From positions 3,528 through 67,527 of the forward strand of contig JBGPQV010000011.1 of NCBI GenBank assembly GCA_041489255.1: 64,000 bases of DNA, read 5' to 3'. The stretch comes from Thermoplasmata archaeon. Its GTDB lineage: Archaea; Thermoplasmatota; Thermoplasmata; RBG-16-68-12; JAFNFQ01. Within the stretch, counting starts at the first letter, position 1; every line of letters starts with the position of its first letter. Shown piece by piece: positions 10,304 to 19,402 of this stretch. The position numbers were made by a program, and so were the translations under genes. The notes below the pieces were generated by a model. The model did not search any database and was not told the origin of the DNA. It saw only the letters and a list, made by a program, of their open reading frames with translations.

Positions 10304-10353
10304 GCCGACGTCCCCTTTCCCGGGAAAAGACTTTAACCGCAATCGCGAATCCG

Positions 10354-11169
10354 TTGTCCCTCTGGGTGATTCGACTGGCTTTGAGGCTTGTCCGACTTGA
10401 CGAGGGCTTGGAGGAGAAGTTCTGGAACCATGTCAATCAGGATCCGCTCAACCATTACTTCTACATCCTCGACTGGCGGTTCCAGAGGGCCGACACCAAG
10501 ATCACTCTGGCCTTGGACAAGGAGAGAATCGAGGGCCTGATGCCTGTTTTCAAGGACACTATCGTCCAGCTCAGAGGGAGCCGCGAAGCCGTCCGATCTC
10601 TCGTGAAAGGACTAGAACTCCAAAAGATCGAATTGACAGCTCCCGCCAACTGCGGGGACATCATCTCCGAGTACTACGCTGCACCTGCGACATACGAGAT
10701 CATGATGATGCATCTCGACAAGGGACGGGAGACACCGCGGATCGTCCACCAGCCCGAGAAGCTCACTCCCGATGATGCGGAGGACATCGCGCGCGTGGTG
10801 CGGGAGGCGAACTATGGGTGGTGGGACGATACGACGGCGGAGCGCGTCAGGAACTCGATCAAGGATAACTTCTGGGCCGGGATAAGGCGGGAGGGCAGGG
10901 TGGTCGCCATGGGGAGCGCGCGCTTTGTCGACATCGGCTGCAACATCGGGATTGTCGCGACCGATGAATCATACAGGAACCAAGGCTTCGCCACATCCAT
11001 CGTTTCACACCTGGTGAAGGAGATATTTACAAGGCATTCGAAGGCACTGATACATGTCCTCACGAACAACTCCCCTGCAGTCCACGTCTATTCAAGAGTA
11101 GGTTTCAGACCCTACGCATCCTTCTTCATGATCAGAAAAGGAGAGAGGGTTTCCGGGAACCAGAGCTAA
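10354..11169 (+). CDS. GNAT-family acetyltransferase
   Basis: The C-terminal half has a GNAT motif (RNQGFATSIVSHLV, VHVYSRVGFRP). The start is uncertain, with TTG or GTG candidates. Confidence 0.55.
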   Translation: MSLWVIRLALRLVRLDEGLEEKFWNHVNQDPLNHYFYILDWRFQRADTKITLALDKERIEGLMPVFKDTIVQLRGSREAVRSLVKGLELQKIELTAPANCGDIISEYYAAPATYEIMMMHLDKGRETPRIVHQPEKLTPDDAEDIARVVREANYGWWDDTTAERVRNSIKDNFWAGIRREGRVVAMGSARFVDIGCNIGIVATDESYRNQGFATSIVSHLVKEIFTRHSKALIHVLTNNSPAVHVYSRVGFRPYASFFMIRKGERVSGNQS

Positions 11170-11205
11170 ACATTTAACTAAGTGCTCCGTGGTTGCCTCG
11201 CATCT

Positions 11206-11279
11206 GCCACCGTAGCTCAGCCGGTTAGAGCGAGAGTTTCGTAAACTCTAGGCCAGGGGTTCGAATCCCTTCGGTGGCT
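11206..11279 (+). tRNA. tRNA-Thr (anticodon CGU)
   Basis: Manual cloverleaf. The acceptor stem GCCACCG/CGGTGGC is a perfect 7 bp. D stem GCTC/GAGC, anticodon stem AGAGT/ACTCT with loop TTCGTAA (anticodon CGT), T stem AGGGG/CCCTT with T loop TTCGAAT, and discriminator U. No encoded CCA. A TTTAA-like box sits about 30 nt upstream. Confidence 0.8.
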
Positions 11280-11392
11280 CTTCATCCAGCTCTGAAGGAT
11301 TCGTCACTTGGACATGGACTCTATCGATGGTATCATTTCTGATAGCATCGCGGAGCCTCCGCACAGCAATTAAGTAGCCAAGATGCGATACA

Positions 11393-13762
11393 GTGATAGA
11401 AGGAGAGGGGACTCTGAGCGCATTCCTCGGCAAGCCTTTGGCATTCCTTGTGTCCCTGTGTTTGACTGTGACCGCGGCCGCTGCGATCGTGGACTTCACG
11501 ACGCCTGATTCTGGATCTGGTGGCTCGACGATGTCAAGCCCGGACCCGCCCAAGACGACCGGTTTCGACAGCCCGGTGACCCCTGTCGTGGGCTCGCGGC
11601 CCCTGCTCGTCGTGCTGCTGCAGTTCAGCGACCTCCCGGCGGACGTGCCGGCGTCGTTCATCCAGACGCAGGTGCACGGCCCGCGCCCGAGCTTGAACGA
11701 CTACTACCTGGAGACTTCCTACGGGATGTTCAGTTTCAGCAGCCTCGGCAACTTCGCGTGGGTCACCGCGTGGGATGACCCCGCCACGCCTGGCGACGAG
11801 TCCACAAGATCTTACTGGAGCAACCATTCCGACCCCGTATGGGGAGGCGGCTCGTTCCACTCCTGGGGCCTCATCAGCCTCGATAAGGCAGGCTACGACT
11901 TCGCACCGCTCGACATCGACGGTGACGGCACGATCAACCTCGGGCCCGAGGTCGCTTACTTCCTCGTGGACTCGCAGTGGTCAGGAGCGCGAGGGGGAGC
12001 GACGAGAGGACAGCCACCGATCACCCTGGATGGCAAGTCAGTCACCGGAGCGAACGCCGGGATTTCCGAGGACTCCCCGTGGATAACTCTCTTCGCGCAC
12101 GAACTGGGCCACCAGACCCTTGGCCTCCCTGACTACTACGGCATCACGCCCCAGAACATCGGCGTCTTCACCCTCATGGGGTACAGCGGGACTGGCGGCT
12201 GGGCGGGGCCGATAGGCCCGCAGCAGCTCGACCCCTATTCGAAGATGAAGCTCGGATGGCTGACGCCAACCGTCGTGACGAACGACGGATTCTACGACAT
12301 CCCCAACTCTGAGATGAACCCGGTCACGTACATACTCCATGAACCTGCCCGCGGCACTGACGAGTACTTCCTCGTGGAGAACAAGTGGCGGGGGACCTCA
12401 TACGACAACAGCGAGGCGCTGATACCGCCATTGACCCCTCCAATGCCTCCCGCCCATGAGGGCGTCGGCATCCCGGACGAGGGGCTGTTGGTCTGGCACG
12501 TCGACGAGTCACGCGCCTGGGATGGAATGACGACCGGTGGCTATTCCAAGGTCGCCCTCGAACGCCGCGGGGGCGGTGACGACACCGCCGCTTGGAATGC
12601 CGACGACCCCGGATACTACGACCTCAACGATCGCTCCGCACCCGTGAACTCCAATTGGAACGGGGGCGCTTTCAGCAAGACCGGAATCTGGTGCGTGTCA
12701 CCCGCTGGCGAGACCATGAGGGCCTGGCTGGACGTGCCGGGACCCGGGATACTCATCTGCTCGGGGCCACTGTCGGCCTCTGCCGTACCAGGAACCGCAA
12801 CGATGATAACGGTCCCGTTACGGAATACCGGAGACGTCGCCGATACGTTCTCAATCTCGATGACCACGCCGCCGGACGTGAGCGCGACCCTCCCTTCCCC
12901 GGTGACCATCGCCCCCGGGGCATTCACCTCAGTCGACGTCCAGCTGACGCCCATAAGGGCATGCACGACGGCACCTGGCCCGAGAACCGTCACCATCATC
13001 GCGAGCAGCACGACCGATCCCGCGGTGTCGAGTTCGACGACCGCGACATTGAATGTCCTCTCTTTCAGTGAACCTTCCGCAGCCATGCCGGTGAGCGTGG
13101 CGGCAGTGGACCCGGGAATGACCGCGACCTACAACGTCGACATTGCGAACGGAGGCAACGACCTGGACTCGTTTTCACTGTATTTCGCGGGCCTCGACTT
13201 CGGCACGGCATACCGTGCTGACCCGACCGCGATACCAACCTCATGGGTCTCGTTCAGCCCGACCGATCCGTCTGCTCCCGCCTGCGGCATGACCTCGTCG
13301 GTTCTGACAATCGCCGTCCCGCCTGATTGGGCGGGGATGGAGGACGCCAGGTACGACTTCACCGTCACGGTCTCGGGTTCCATCACATCGGATACAGACA
13401 CGGTCTCCGGGCAGCTGATCGTCCACGCCACGCCGGAGAGCATGATGTTCTACGTGAGGGTCGAGATAGTGAACCTCATCGCAGACGTGCTCGCCCTCCC
13501 GCCAGCTGACGTGAGGGATGGCCTCTACAGCAAGGCGAACTCCACGCTGAACAAGTTCGATCAGGCCGTGGACAGATACCTGATGGGCGGCGACCCTCCC
13601 GCCAGCAACCTCTTCAGGACGTGCCAGAACAAGCTCAACGCTTTCCTGCATCTTCTTGATGCGCAAAGAGGCAAGGCGCTGACCGTCGCCCAAGCCGACG
13701 ATTTGGCGGGAAAGGCGCAACAGATAATCGACGACCTCGACGCAATCCTGGCGAAGATCTAG
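11393..13762 (+). CDS. Secreted M6-family (immune inhibitor A-like) zinc metalloprotease with C-terminal Ig-like domains
   Basis: Has a signal peptide (LAFLVSLCLTVTAAAA). The zinc site HELGHQTLGLPDYYG matches the M6 signature HExxHxxGLPDxY. The C-terminal region is about 400 aa of beta-sandwich-like repeats followed by a helical tail. Confidence 0.7.
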   Translation: MIEGEGTLSAFLGKPLAFLVSLCLTVTAAAAIVDFTTPDSGSGGSTMSSPDPPKTTGFDSPVTPVVGSRPLLVVLLQFSDLPADVPASFIQTQVHGPRPSLNDYYLETSYGMFSFSSLGNFAWVTAWDDPATPGDESTRSYWSNHSDPVWGGGSFHSWGLISLDKAGYDFAPLDIDGDGTINLGPEVAYFLVDSQWSGARGGATRGQPPITLDGKSVTGANAGISEDSPWITLFAHELGHQTLGLPDYYGITPQNIGVFTLMGYSGTGGWAGPIGPQQLDPYSKMKLGWLTPTVVTNDGFYDIPNSEMNPVTYILHEPARGTDEYFLVENKWRGTSYDNSEALIPPLTPPMPPAHEGVGIPDEGLLVWHVDESRAWDGMTTGGYSKVALERRGGGDDTAAWNADDPGYYDLNDRSAPVNSNWNGGAFSKTGIWCVSPAGETMRAWLDVPGPGILICSGPLSASAVPGTATMITVPLRNTGDVADTFSISMTTPPDVSATLPSPVTIAPGAFTSVDVQLTPIRACTTAPGPRTVTIIASSTTDPAVSSSTTATLNVLSFSEPSAAMPVSVAAVDPGMTATYNVDIANGGNDLDSFSLYFAGLDFGTAYRADPTAIPTSWVSFSPTDPSAPACGMTSSVLTIAVPPDWAGMEDARYDFTVTVSGSITSDTDTVSGQLIVHATPESMMFYVRVEIVNLIADVLALPPADVRDGLYSKANSTLNKFDQAVDRYLMGGDPPASNLFRTCQNKLNAFLHLLDAQRGKALTVAQADDLAGKAQQIIDDLDAILAKI

Positions 13763-13838
13763 CGGAGACAGCTGTACTCCAGTCACATGACGGAAGATAG
13801 TCGAACCTCGGAAAGCCGGGCAGAGAGGATAATCCGTC

Positions 13839-15293
13839 TCAGGCCGGAGGCTTCGATTCGGGTTGCACTCTCCGCTTCGCTTTCCCGAATGGATGTTTAT
13901 GGCCTGACCTCGCGGGCCATGGCATCTTCCTGAGGACGGTGTAGATGAACGCCGAAAGAAGGAAGGACGGGATGCTGGCCCCGATTGAGAACCCGATGCC
14001 CTGGAAAGACGGAATCACGAGTCTCACGAGATCCGGCGTCAGCCAATAGTACAATACGACGCCAGGAATCCACGCAGCGAATGCCCGCCATCTGACGCTT
14101 GGCGCCCCGCCATAGAATTCCTTGATGTCGTAGTTGCCTCTCCGGACGAGCCAGAAGTCGGCGAGTACTATCCCGAGCAGCGGGACGAAGAGCGCCCCGA
14201 TCAGGTAGAGGAAATACTCGTAGCCGCCGCCGGTCAGCGGATCGCTGGCAGCCACCGCGGAGATGCGGTATGCCGCAACGAGGGAGATGACCGTGGCGAT
14301 GACTATCACAACGAACTGCTTCGTCTTCTTCCTGATGTTCTGGAAGCTCAGAGCCGCTGAGTAGACGTCCGCAAAGGCGTTGTCCGCCTCGTCGACGAGG
14401 ATGAGAAGGAGAGCCATGGAGCCCAGCCCCATCAGGCCGATCGCCGTTATCGCATCACCCGCTCCCGTCGAAACGATCATGGCAGCCCCGAGGAAGAAGA
14501 AGAGGAAGTTGGCGAGCGTGTAGCCGAGGATCGTCCCTATGGCCGCATCCTTCCGGCTCCTCGCGAACCGGTTGTAGTCCGATATGAGGGGCCACCACGA
14601 TATCGGCATCGCTATCACCAAGTCGATGGCGGGGAGGAAGTTGCCGCTGCCGCCTGGAGCGCAAGATGCAATGGGACTCCCGCCAGATACATCGAGGACA
14701 CACCTGGCATCCCACGAGACCGGGTGCGAGAAGATCTGGTAGGCGATGATGACCGTCGAGATGAGGACGAGCCATATCGCTATCTTCTCCAGCCAGGTCT
14801 TGATCACGACAAGTGGGCCGCCGACCGCGAGGGCGATGACGACAAGGGAGAAGATGCAGATCCAGAAGAGCATGGTCCACCCTCCCAAGAACGGCCCTGA
14901 CAGGATTGTCGCGGCATATCCCATGATGTAGAGCTCGAAGGCGGTCCAGCCGACCAGCTGGACTATGTTCAGGGCGGAGGGCACCCACGAGCCCTTTGTC
15001 CCCAAAATCGGGCGGAGGCTTACCATTGTGGGAACGCCGAATTTCGATCCGAAGACCCCCGCCCCAGCGAGCACCGCCGCGCCGACAATCGAACCAAGGA
15101 TTGCGGCGCCCATGGCTTCCCACAGCGTGAGCTTCGATTGGAAGATGAGCAGCGTGCCCGCGACGAAGACAAGCAGCCCCACAGCAAGGCTAGTCCAAAA
15201 AACAAATAGATCGAAGGTGCGGAGGATCCTTGCCTTCTCGGGAGTCGGATTCACCCCCCACTCCGGAGGCCGGCGAATACCGAGATTGCCCAT
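13839..15293 (-). CDS. NCS1-family nucleobase:cation symporter, a candidate HMP, thiamine or cytosine permease
   Basis: A 484-aa protein with 12 predicted TM helices and an NCS1-like topology. It is divergent from a ThiN-domain regulator gene, which suggests thiamine-precursor uptake. Confidence 0.6.
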   Translation of the reverse strand: MGNLGIRRPPEWGVNPTPEKARILRTFDLFVFWTSLAVGLLVFVAGTLLIFQSKLTLWEAMGAAILGSIVGAAVLAGAGVFGSKFGVPTMVSLRPILGTKGSWVPSALNIVQLVGWTAFELYIMGYAATILSGPFLGGWTMLFWICIFSLVVIALAVGGPLVVIKTWLEKIAIWLVLISTVIIAYQIFSHPVSWDARCVLDVSGGSPIASCAPGGSGNFLPAIDLVIAMPISWWPLISDYNRFARSRKDAAIGTILGYTLANFLFFFLGAAMIVSTGAGDAITAIGLMGLGSMALLLILVDEADNAFADVYSAALSFQNIRKKTKQFVVIVIATVISLVAAYRISAVAASDPLTGGGYEYFLYLIGALFVPLLGIVLADFWLVRRGNYDIKEFYGGAPSVRWRAFAAWIPGVVLYYWLTPDLVRLVIPSFQGIGFSIGASIPSFLLSAFIYTVLRKMPWPARSGHKHPFGKAKRRVQPESKPPA

Positions 15294-15356
15294 ACCTCAC
15301 CTTCGATCATCCAGCGTCATGTTTTTCTGATGATTAAGACTTTGTTGTAGAACACA

Positions 15357-16316
15357 GTGTTAAGTACTCGGTTTGACCTAACCCGACCGCGGGATAGCAT
15401 GAGACTGCCGGAGGAGACAGTTGCGGATTCGTTCCTCCCGACCTTTCGGTGCATGCTCGCGATGGAGCTGGCCTCTAGAGGATTGCGGGAGAGCAGGATC
15501 GCGGCCATGATGGGCCTGAGCCAGGCGGCGATCAGCAAGTACCGCCGCGGAACGACGAGGACGGAGAAGGCCTTCATGGAGGATGAAGCGACGGTGAAAA
15601 CTGTCAAGAAGGTCGCGGACGGTCTGCATCAGGGGAAGATGTCGGAGCTACAGGTGCTCGCAATCGTCATGCAATTGATCAGGAGCCAGGAGACGAGGGG
15701 TCTCATGTGCCGACTGCACGAACGGGAGTTCCCGATGATCGCCGGCACGGGGTGCAACCTCTGCATCGCGCCGAGCGGCGGCGACATGCTCGAGGAGGAG
15801 AACGTCCTCTCGAACCTTCGCTCCGCCCTGAGGATGCTGGAGTCCACGAAGGGGCTCCCCTCCATCATTCCGAACGTCGGCATGAACATAGCAATGGCCA
15901 AGAAGAACGCGAGGGACCTGAAGGATGTCGCCGCTGTACCTGGAAGAATATACGAAGTGAGGGGCGGCGTGAAGGTCCCCGCGGCACCCGAGTTTGAGGC
16001 GTCGACTCACGTGGCGGGGTTGATCCTGGTCGCAAGGAGGTCGGATCCGAAGATCTTCGCAGGCATCAACATCAAGTTCTCCGAGGAAATCATCGCCGCG
16101 TGCACGGCATTGGGATGGAAGCCATTGGAGGTGAGAGGGGAATATCAAGGGAGGGAGGCGGAAATCGATGGCAAGATGTCCAAAGGGAAGTCACACGCGC
16201 AGGTCGTGTACCACAGAGGAGCCTTCGGCATCGAGCCGATGGTCTACATCGTGGGCGAGACGGCCATCGATGTCGTCGAAAAGGTGAGGACGCTTCTCTC
16301 CCAGCTAGCGGCCTAG
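15357..16316 (+). CDS. ThiN-domain transcriptional regulator (ThiR-like: N-terminal HTH plus ThiN thiamine-phosphate synthase-like domain)
   Basis: Has an HTH (MGLSQAAISKYRRG) followed by a ThiN-like domain (GCNLCIAPSGGDM...IIPNVGMNIAMAKKNA...VPGRIYEVRGG). The likely start is the ATG at about 15399 (MRLPEET). Confidence 0.6.
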   Translation: MLSTRFDLTRPRDSMRLPEETVADSFLPTFRCMLAMELASRGLRESRIAAMMGLSQAAISKYRRGTTRTEKAFMEDEATVKTVKKVADGLHQGKMSELQVLAIVMQLIRSQETRGLMCRLHEREFPMIAGTGCNLCIAPSGGDMLEEENVLSNLRSALRMLESTKGLPSIIPNVGMNIAMAKKNARDLKDVAAVPGRIYEVRGGVKVPAAPEFEASTHVAGLILVARRSDPKIFAGINIKFSEEIIAACTALGWKPLEVRGEYQGREAEIDGKMSKGKSHAQVVYHRGAFGIEPMVYIVGETAIDVVEKVRTLLSQLAA

Positions 16317-17566
16317 GACTTGTGCTGCCCGCCGCCGAACTTCTTCTTCGATCGCTTCAGCGCCTCGACCAGGGGCAATTCCTTCCCCGCCAGCATCGTC
16401 AGGAGCGCGCCTCCGCCAGTGCTCACGTGGTCTATCCTGTCGCCTATGCCGAGTTGATCGACCGCCGCAATCGTGTGCCCGCCGCCCACGACGCTGAACG
16501 CCTCCGACTCGGCCACCGCGTTGAACAGCTCGCGAGTGCCGAGAGCGAACTCCTCCTCCTCGAAGATGCCGGCCGGGCCGTTCACGATGACGTTCTTGGC
16601 CGCCGCGATCTCCTGCCTGTATGCGACTATCGTGTCGAGGCCGATGTCCGAGATGAGGTGCGGTGAGGGGAGCTCAGTCACCTGGATGTTCTTCCGCGAG
16701 CCGTCAGCGTTGACCGCCACATCGGTCGGCACGAGAATCCGGCTCCTATAGGCAAGCAGGAGCTCTTTGCATTGCTTCACGTAGTCGTCGTATTCCTCGA
16801 TCTCCTTCCTCAGGAGCTCGACGCTGGGCTTGCCCAGCTCGATGCCCTTTGCCGCGAGGAACATGTTCGCGACGCCGCCCGTCGTGAGGACCTTGTCGAC
16901 GACGTTCCCTGCGAGCATGTTCTTGGCTACCGCAATCGAGTCGTCGGCCTTTATCCCGCCGAGTATCACGATCTTCGGCCTCTCGGCGCTCGTCAGCGCC
17001 CGGCCGACCATCACTAGCTCCTTCTCCATCACCCTGCCGGCTATCACAGGCATGACGTCGGCAAAGCCCACGAGAGACGGCTGGGCCCTGTGCGCGGCGG
17101 CGAAGGCGTCGAGGACGAAGTACTTCGCGACAGAGGACAGCCGCTTGACCATGTGCGACTTCGCCATCTTCTCTATCTTCGCGTCGGCCAGCGCGTCCTC
17201 CTCCGCGTAGAACCTCGTGTTCTCCAGAAGAATGATCTCGCCCTCGGCGAGGCCCCTTATCGCCTCCAAGGCCGTGTTGTTGAAGAGCCCGTCGATGTAC
17301 CTGACCTGCTTGCCGAGCAGCTGAGACAGCCTTATGGCGTGCTGCTCCATCGTGGTGAAGTCGTCCTTCCCCGGCCTCGACTGGTGCGCGAGGATCGCGA
17401 CCCTTGACCTGTGCAGGTCGCGGATGGTCACCATGTGCTCCCGCAACCTTGCGTCGTTCAGCAGCTCCCAGGTCGCAGGGTTGACTGGTGAATTGATGTC
17501 GACTCGGAGCAGGACCGTCTTACCTGCCAGGTCGAAATCGTCCAGCGTGAAGAAGTCCTTGGTCAT
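16313..17566 (-). CDS. pgk: Phosphoglycerate kinase
   Basis: The 418-aa protein starts at MTKDFFTLDDFDLAGKTVLLRVDINSPV and has the PGK N- and C-domain pattern. The ORF-track extension to 17737 is spurious. Confidence 0.8.
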   Translation of the reverse strand: MTKDFFTLDDFDLAGKTVLLRVDINSPVNPATWELLNDARLREHMVTIRDLHRSRVAILAHQSRPGKDDFTTMEQHAIRLSQLLGKQVRYIDGLFNNTALEAIRGLAEGEIILLENTRFYAEEDALADAKIEKMAKSHMVKRLSSVAKYFVLDAFAAAHRAQPSLVGFADVMPVIAGRVMEKELVMVGRALTSAERPKIVILGGIKADDSIAVAKNMLAGNVVDKVLTTGGVANMFLAAKGIELGKPSVELLRKEIEEYDDYVKQCKELLLAYRSRILVPTDVAVNADGSRKNIQVTELPSPHLISDIGLDTIVAYRQEIAAAKNVIVNGPAGIFEEEEFALGTRELFNAVAESEAFSVVGGGHTIAAVDQLGIGDRIDHVSTGGGALLTMLAGKELPLVEALKRSKKKFGGGQHKS

Positions 17567-17815
17567 GGGCGGATTTGGCAAAAGGATGAATGCTAATATT
17601 GTTTGCGGTCGGCCCGCACCGCTTCGGGACGAAGCGTTTATGACATGCGTGCGATTCTCGCGCAAGGTCCGGGAAAGACCCCGTCGGCATTGTTTTTCCT
17701 TTTCCAGCCACGGAATCCAGGAAAAGGGCCAGAGCACATGGTGCCAAGGCGGATGCTGGGGCGGCGACCGGGAGAATTAGGACGCCCCGCCATCCGTGAT
17801 TTAGAGGGGCGGTCG

Positions 17816-18478
17816 ATGAGCGAGAATTACCTGACGGAGGAGAACTTGGTGGAGAAGGCGAGGGAATGGCTCAGCGTTTCCTCCCGCCAAGAAAGCCGAC
17901 GAAAGCGGTTTGAGTTCAATGTCAATTCGGCCGCACTGCTCGTGCTGGACATGCAGAACTACTTCATGGACCCGGAGTCTCATGCCCATGTCCCATCGGG
18001 TCACGCCGTCCTCCCGAACATCAGGAGTCTGATCGGCTTCTTCCGGAGCGCGGGGCGCCCGGTGATTTTCACCCGCCACAGTCTCGAATCAGGCGAGGAT
18101 CCCGGGATCATGGGGCGGTGGTGGCGCGACAATGTGCGCGAGGACTCCTCAGAGTCTGCCATCATCGAATCGCTTGATGTCAAGGATTCCGACGCCGTCA
18201 TCCGCAAGACAAGGTACAGCGCATTCGTCGGGACTGACCTGGAGAGAATGCTGAAGTCGAAAGGCGTGGAGAGTCTCGTCATCGCCGGATTGACGACGCA
18301 TCTCTGCTGCGATAGTACAGCGCGAGATGCTTTCATGAAGGACTTCGCCGTCTTTTTCGTTGTCGACGCGACAGCGACATGGACCGAGGATCTCCACGTG
18401 TCCAGCCTGAAGGCCTTGTCCGATGGATTCGTGATCCCGGTCACGACGAAAGACATGCTGGATGGACCGAGGGATTGA
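17816..18478 (+). CDS. Isochorismatase-family (cysteine) hydrolase
   Basis: Has LVLDMQNYF and AGLTTHLCCDSTARDA, with a catalytic Cys in the isochorismatase/nicotinamidase fold. The start is MSENYL at 17816. Confidence 0.7.
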   Translation: MSENYLTEENLVEKAREWLSVSSRQESRRKRFEFNVNSAALLVLDMQNYFMDPESHAHVPSGHAVLPNIRSLIGFFRSAGRPVIFTRHSLESGEDPGIMGRWWRDNVREDSSESAIIESLDVKDSDAVIRKTRYSAFVGTDLERMLKSKGVESLVIAGLTTHLCCDSTARDAFMKDFAVFFVVDATATWTEDLHVSSLKALSDGFVIPVTTKDMLDGPRD

Positions 18479-19402
18479 ATGGACCGCAAAGTGCACAGGG
18501 TCGCAATAATCGGTGCGGGACCGGCTGGCATCGCTGCCGCCATCTATCTGAAGAGGGCGGGAATCAATCCGCTCCTCCTCGAACGGAAGAAGGTTGGCGG
18601 GCTGCTGGCCAATGCGAACTTGGTTGAGAATTACCCCGGCTTCCCGGACGGGATCTGCGGCGGGGATCTGGCCTCTTTGTTCAATGCCCAACTGAGGAAG
18701 TGGAAAATCCATGTCACCAAGGCGGACGTGAGGCGAGTCTCACGAGAATTGGGCCTCTTCCAGATCTTCGCCGGAGGCAGCAGGTACGTCTCACGATTCT
18801 TGATCCTGGCCACGGGGACGCAGCCCACGCGCATCGCTCTGCCCGGCCTCGACAAGATTTCCAAGGAGAAGGTCCTCTGCGAGATTGCCGATGCACCCAA
18901 TGATATGAAGGGAAAGGAGTTCCTTATCATCGGCGGCGGGGACGCGGCGTTCGATTACGCTCTGAATGTCGCACGGAGAGGCGGTTCTGCGGACTTGATA
19001 ATCAGAAACTCCAGCCCCACATGCATCCCCCTCCTTCTGCGGCGGGCAAATAAGCGGATGACAATCAGGATGTCGCTCAGAACGGTCCCCGTCTCGGTCA
19101 TTGAAACGCGCCGACAGATCGAGCTGACGTGCCGGCGGGGAGGGCGCGAGGAGATCCATGACGGCGATTACCTGCTGATAGCTTGCGGCAGGGAGGCCAA
19201 TCTCCGTCTGCTGTCGCCCAAGCTTCGTTCCGAGGCCGCAGCCGGGATGGATGGCCCCGGACTTTCGAATATGCATCTTGCCGGTGATGTGAAGAGGGGG
19301 CTGCACAGGCAGGTCGGCATCGCAGTCGGCGACGGGATAGCCGCTGCCATGCAGTTCGCGAGGCTTTTGGGGAAGGAGGCTTGGGATGAAGATAATCGGT
19401 GA
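18479..19402 (+). CDS. FAD/NAD(P)-binding pyridine-nucleotide oxidoreductase (thioredoxin-reductase-like)
   Basis: Has the N-terminal GxGxxG motif VAIIGAGPAGIAAAIYL and a second motif FLIIGGGDAAFDYAL. Its start directly abuts the stop of the preceding gene (TGAATG). Confidence 0.65.
   Translation: MDRKVHRVAIIGAGPAGIAAAIYLKRAGINPLLLERKKVGGLLANANLVENYPGFPDGICGGDLASLFNAQLRKWKIHVTKADVRRVSRELGLFQIFAGGSRYVSRFLILATGTQPTRIALPGLDKISKEKVLCEIADAPNDMKGKEFLIIGGGDAAFDYALNVARRGGSADLIIRNSSPTCIPLLLRRANKRMTIRMSLRTVPVSVIETRRQIELTCRRGGREEIHDGDYLLIACGREANLRLLSPKLRSEAAAGMDGPGLSNMHLAGDVKRGLHRQVGIAVGDGIAAAMQFARLLGKEAWDEDNR

Noticed and set aside
15294-15360. TPP riboswitch upstream of the NCS1 permease
   Set aside because: There is no CUGAGA or conserved TPP-aptamer element, and the region is only about 60-100 nt. 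Regulation by the adjacent ThiN-domain regulator is more plausible.
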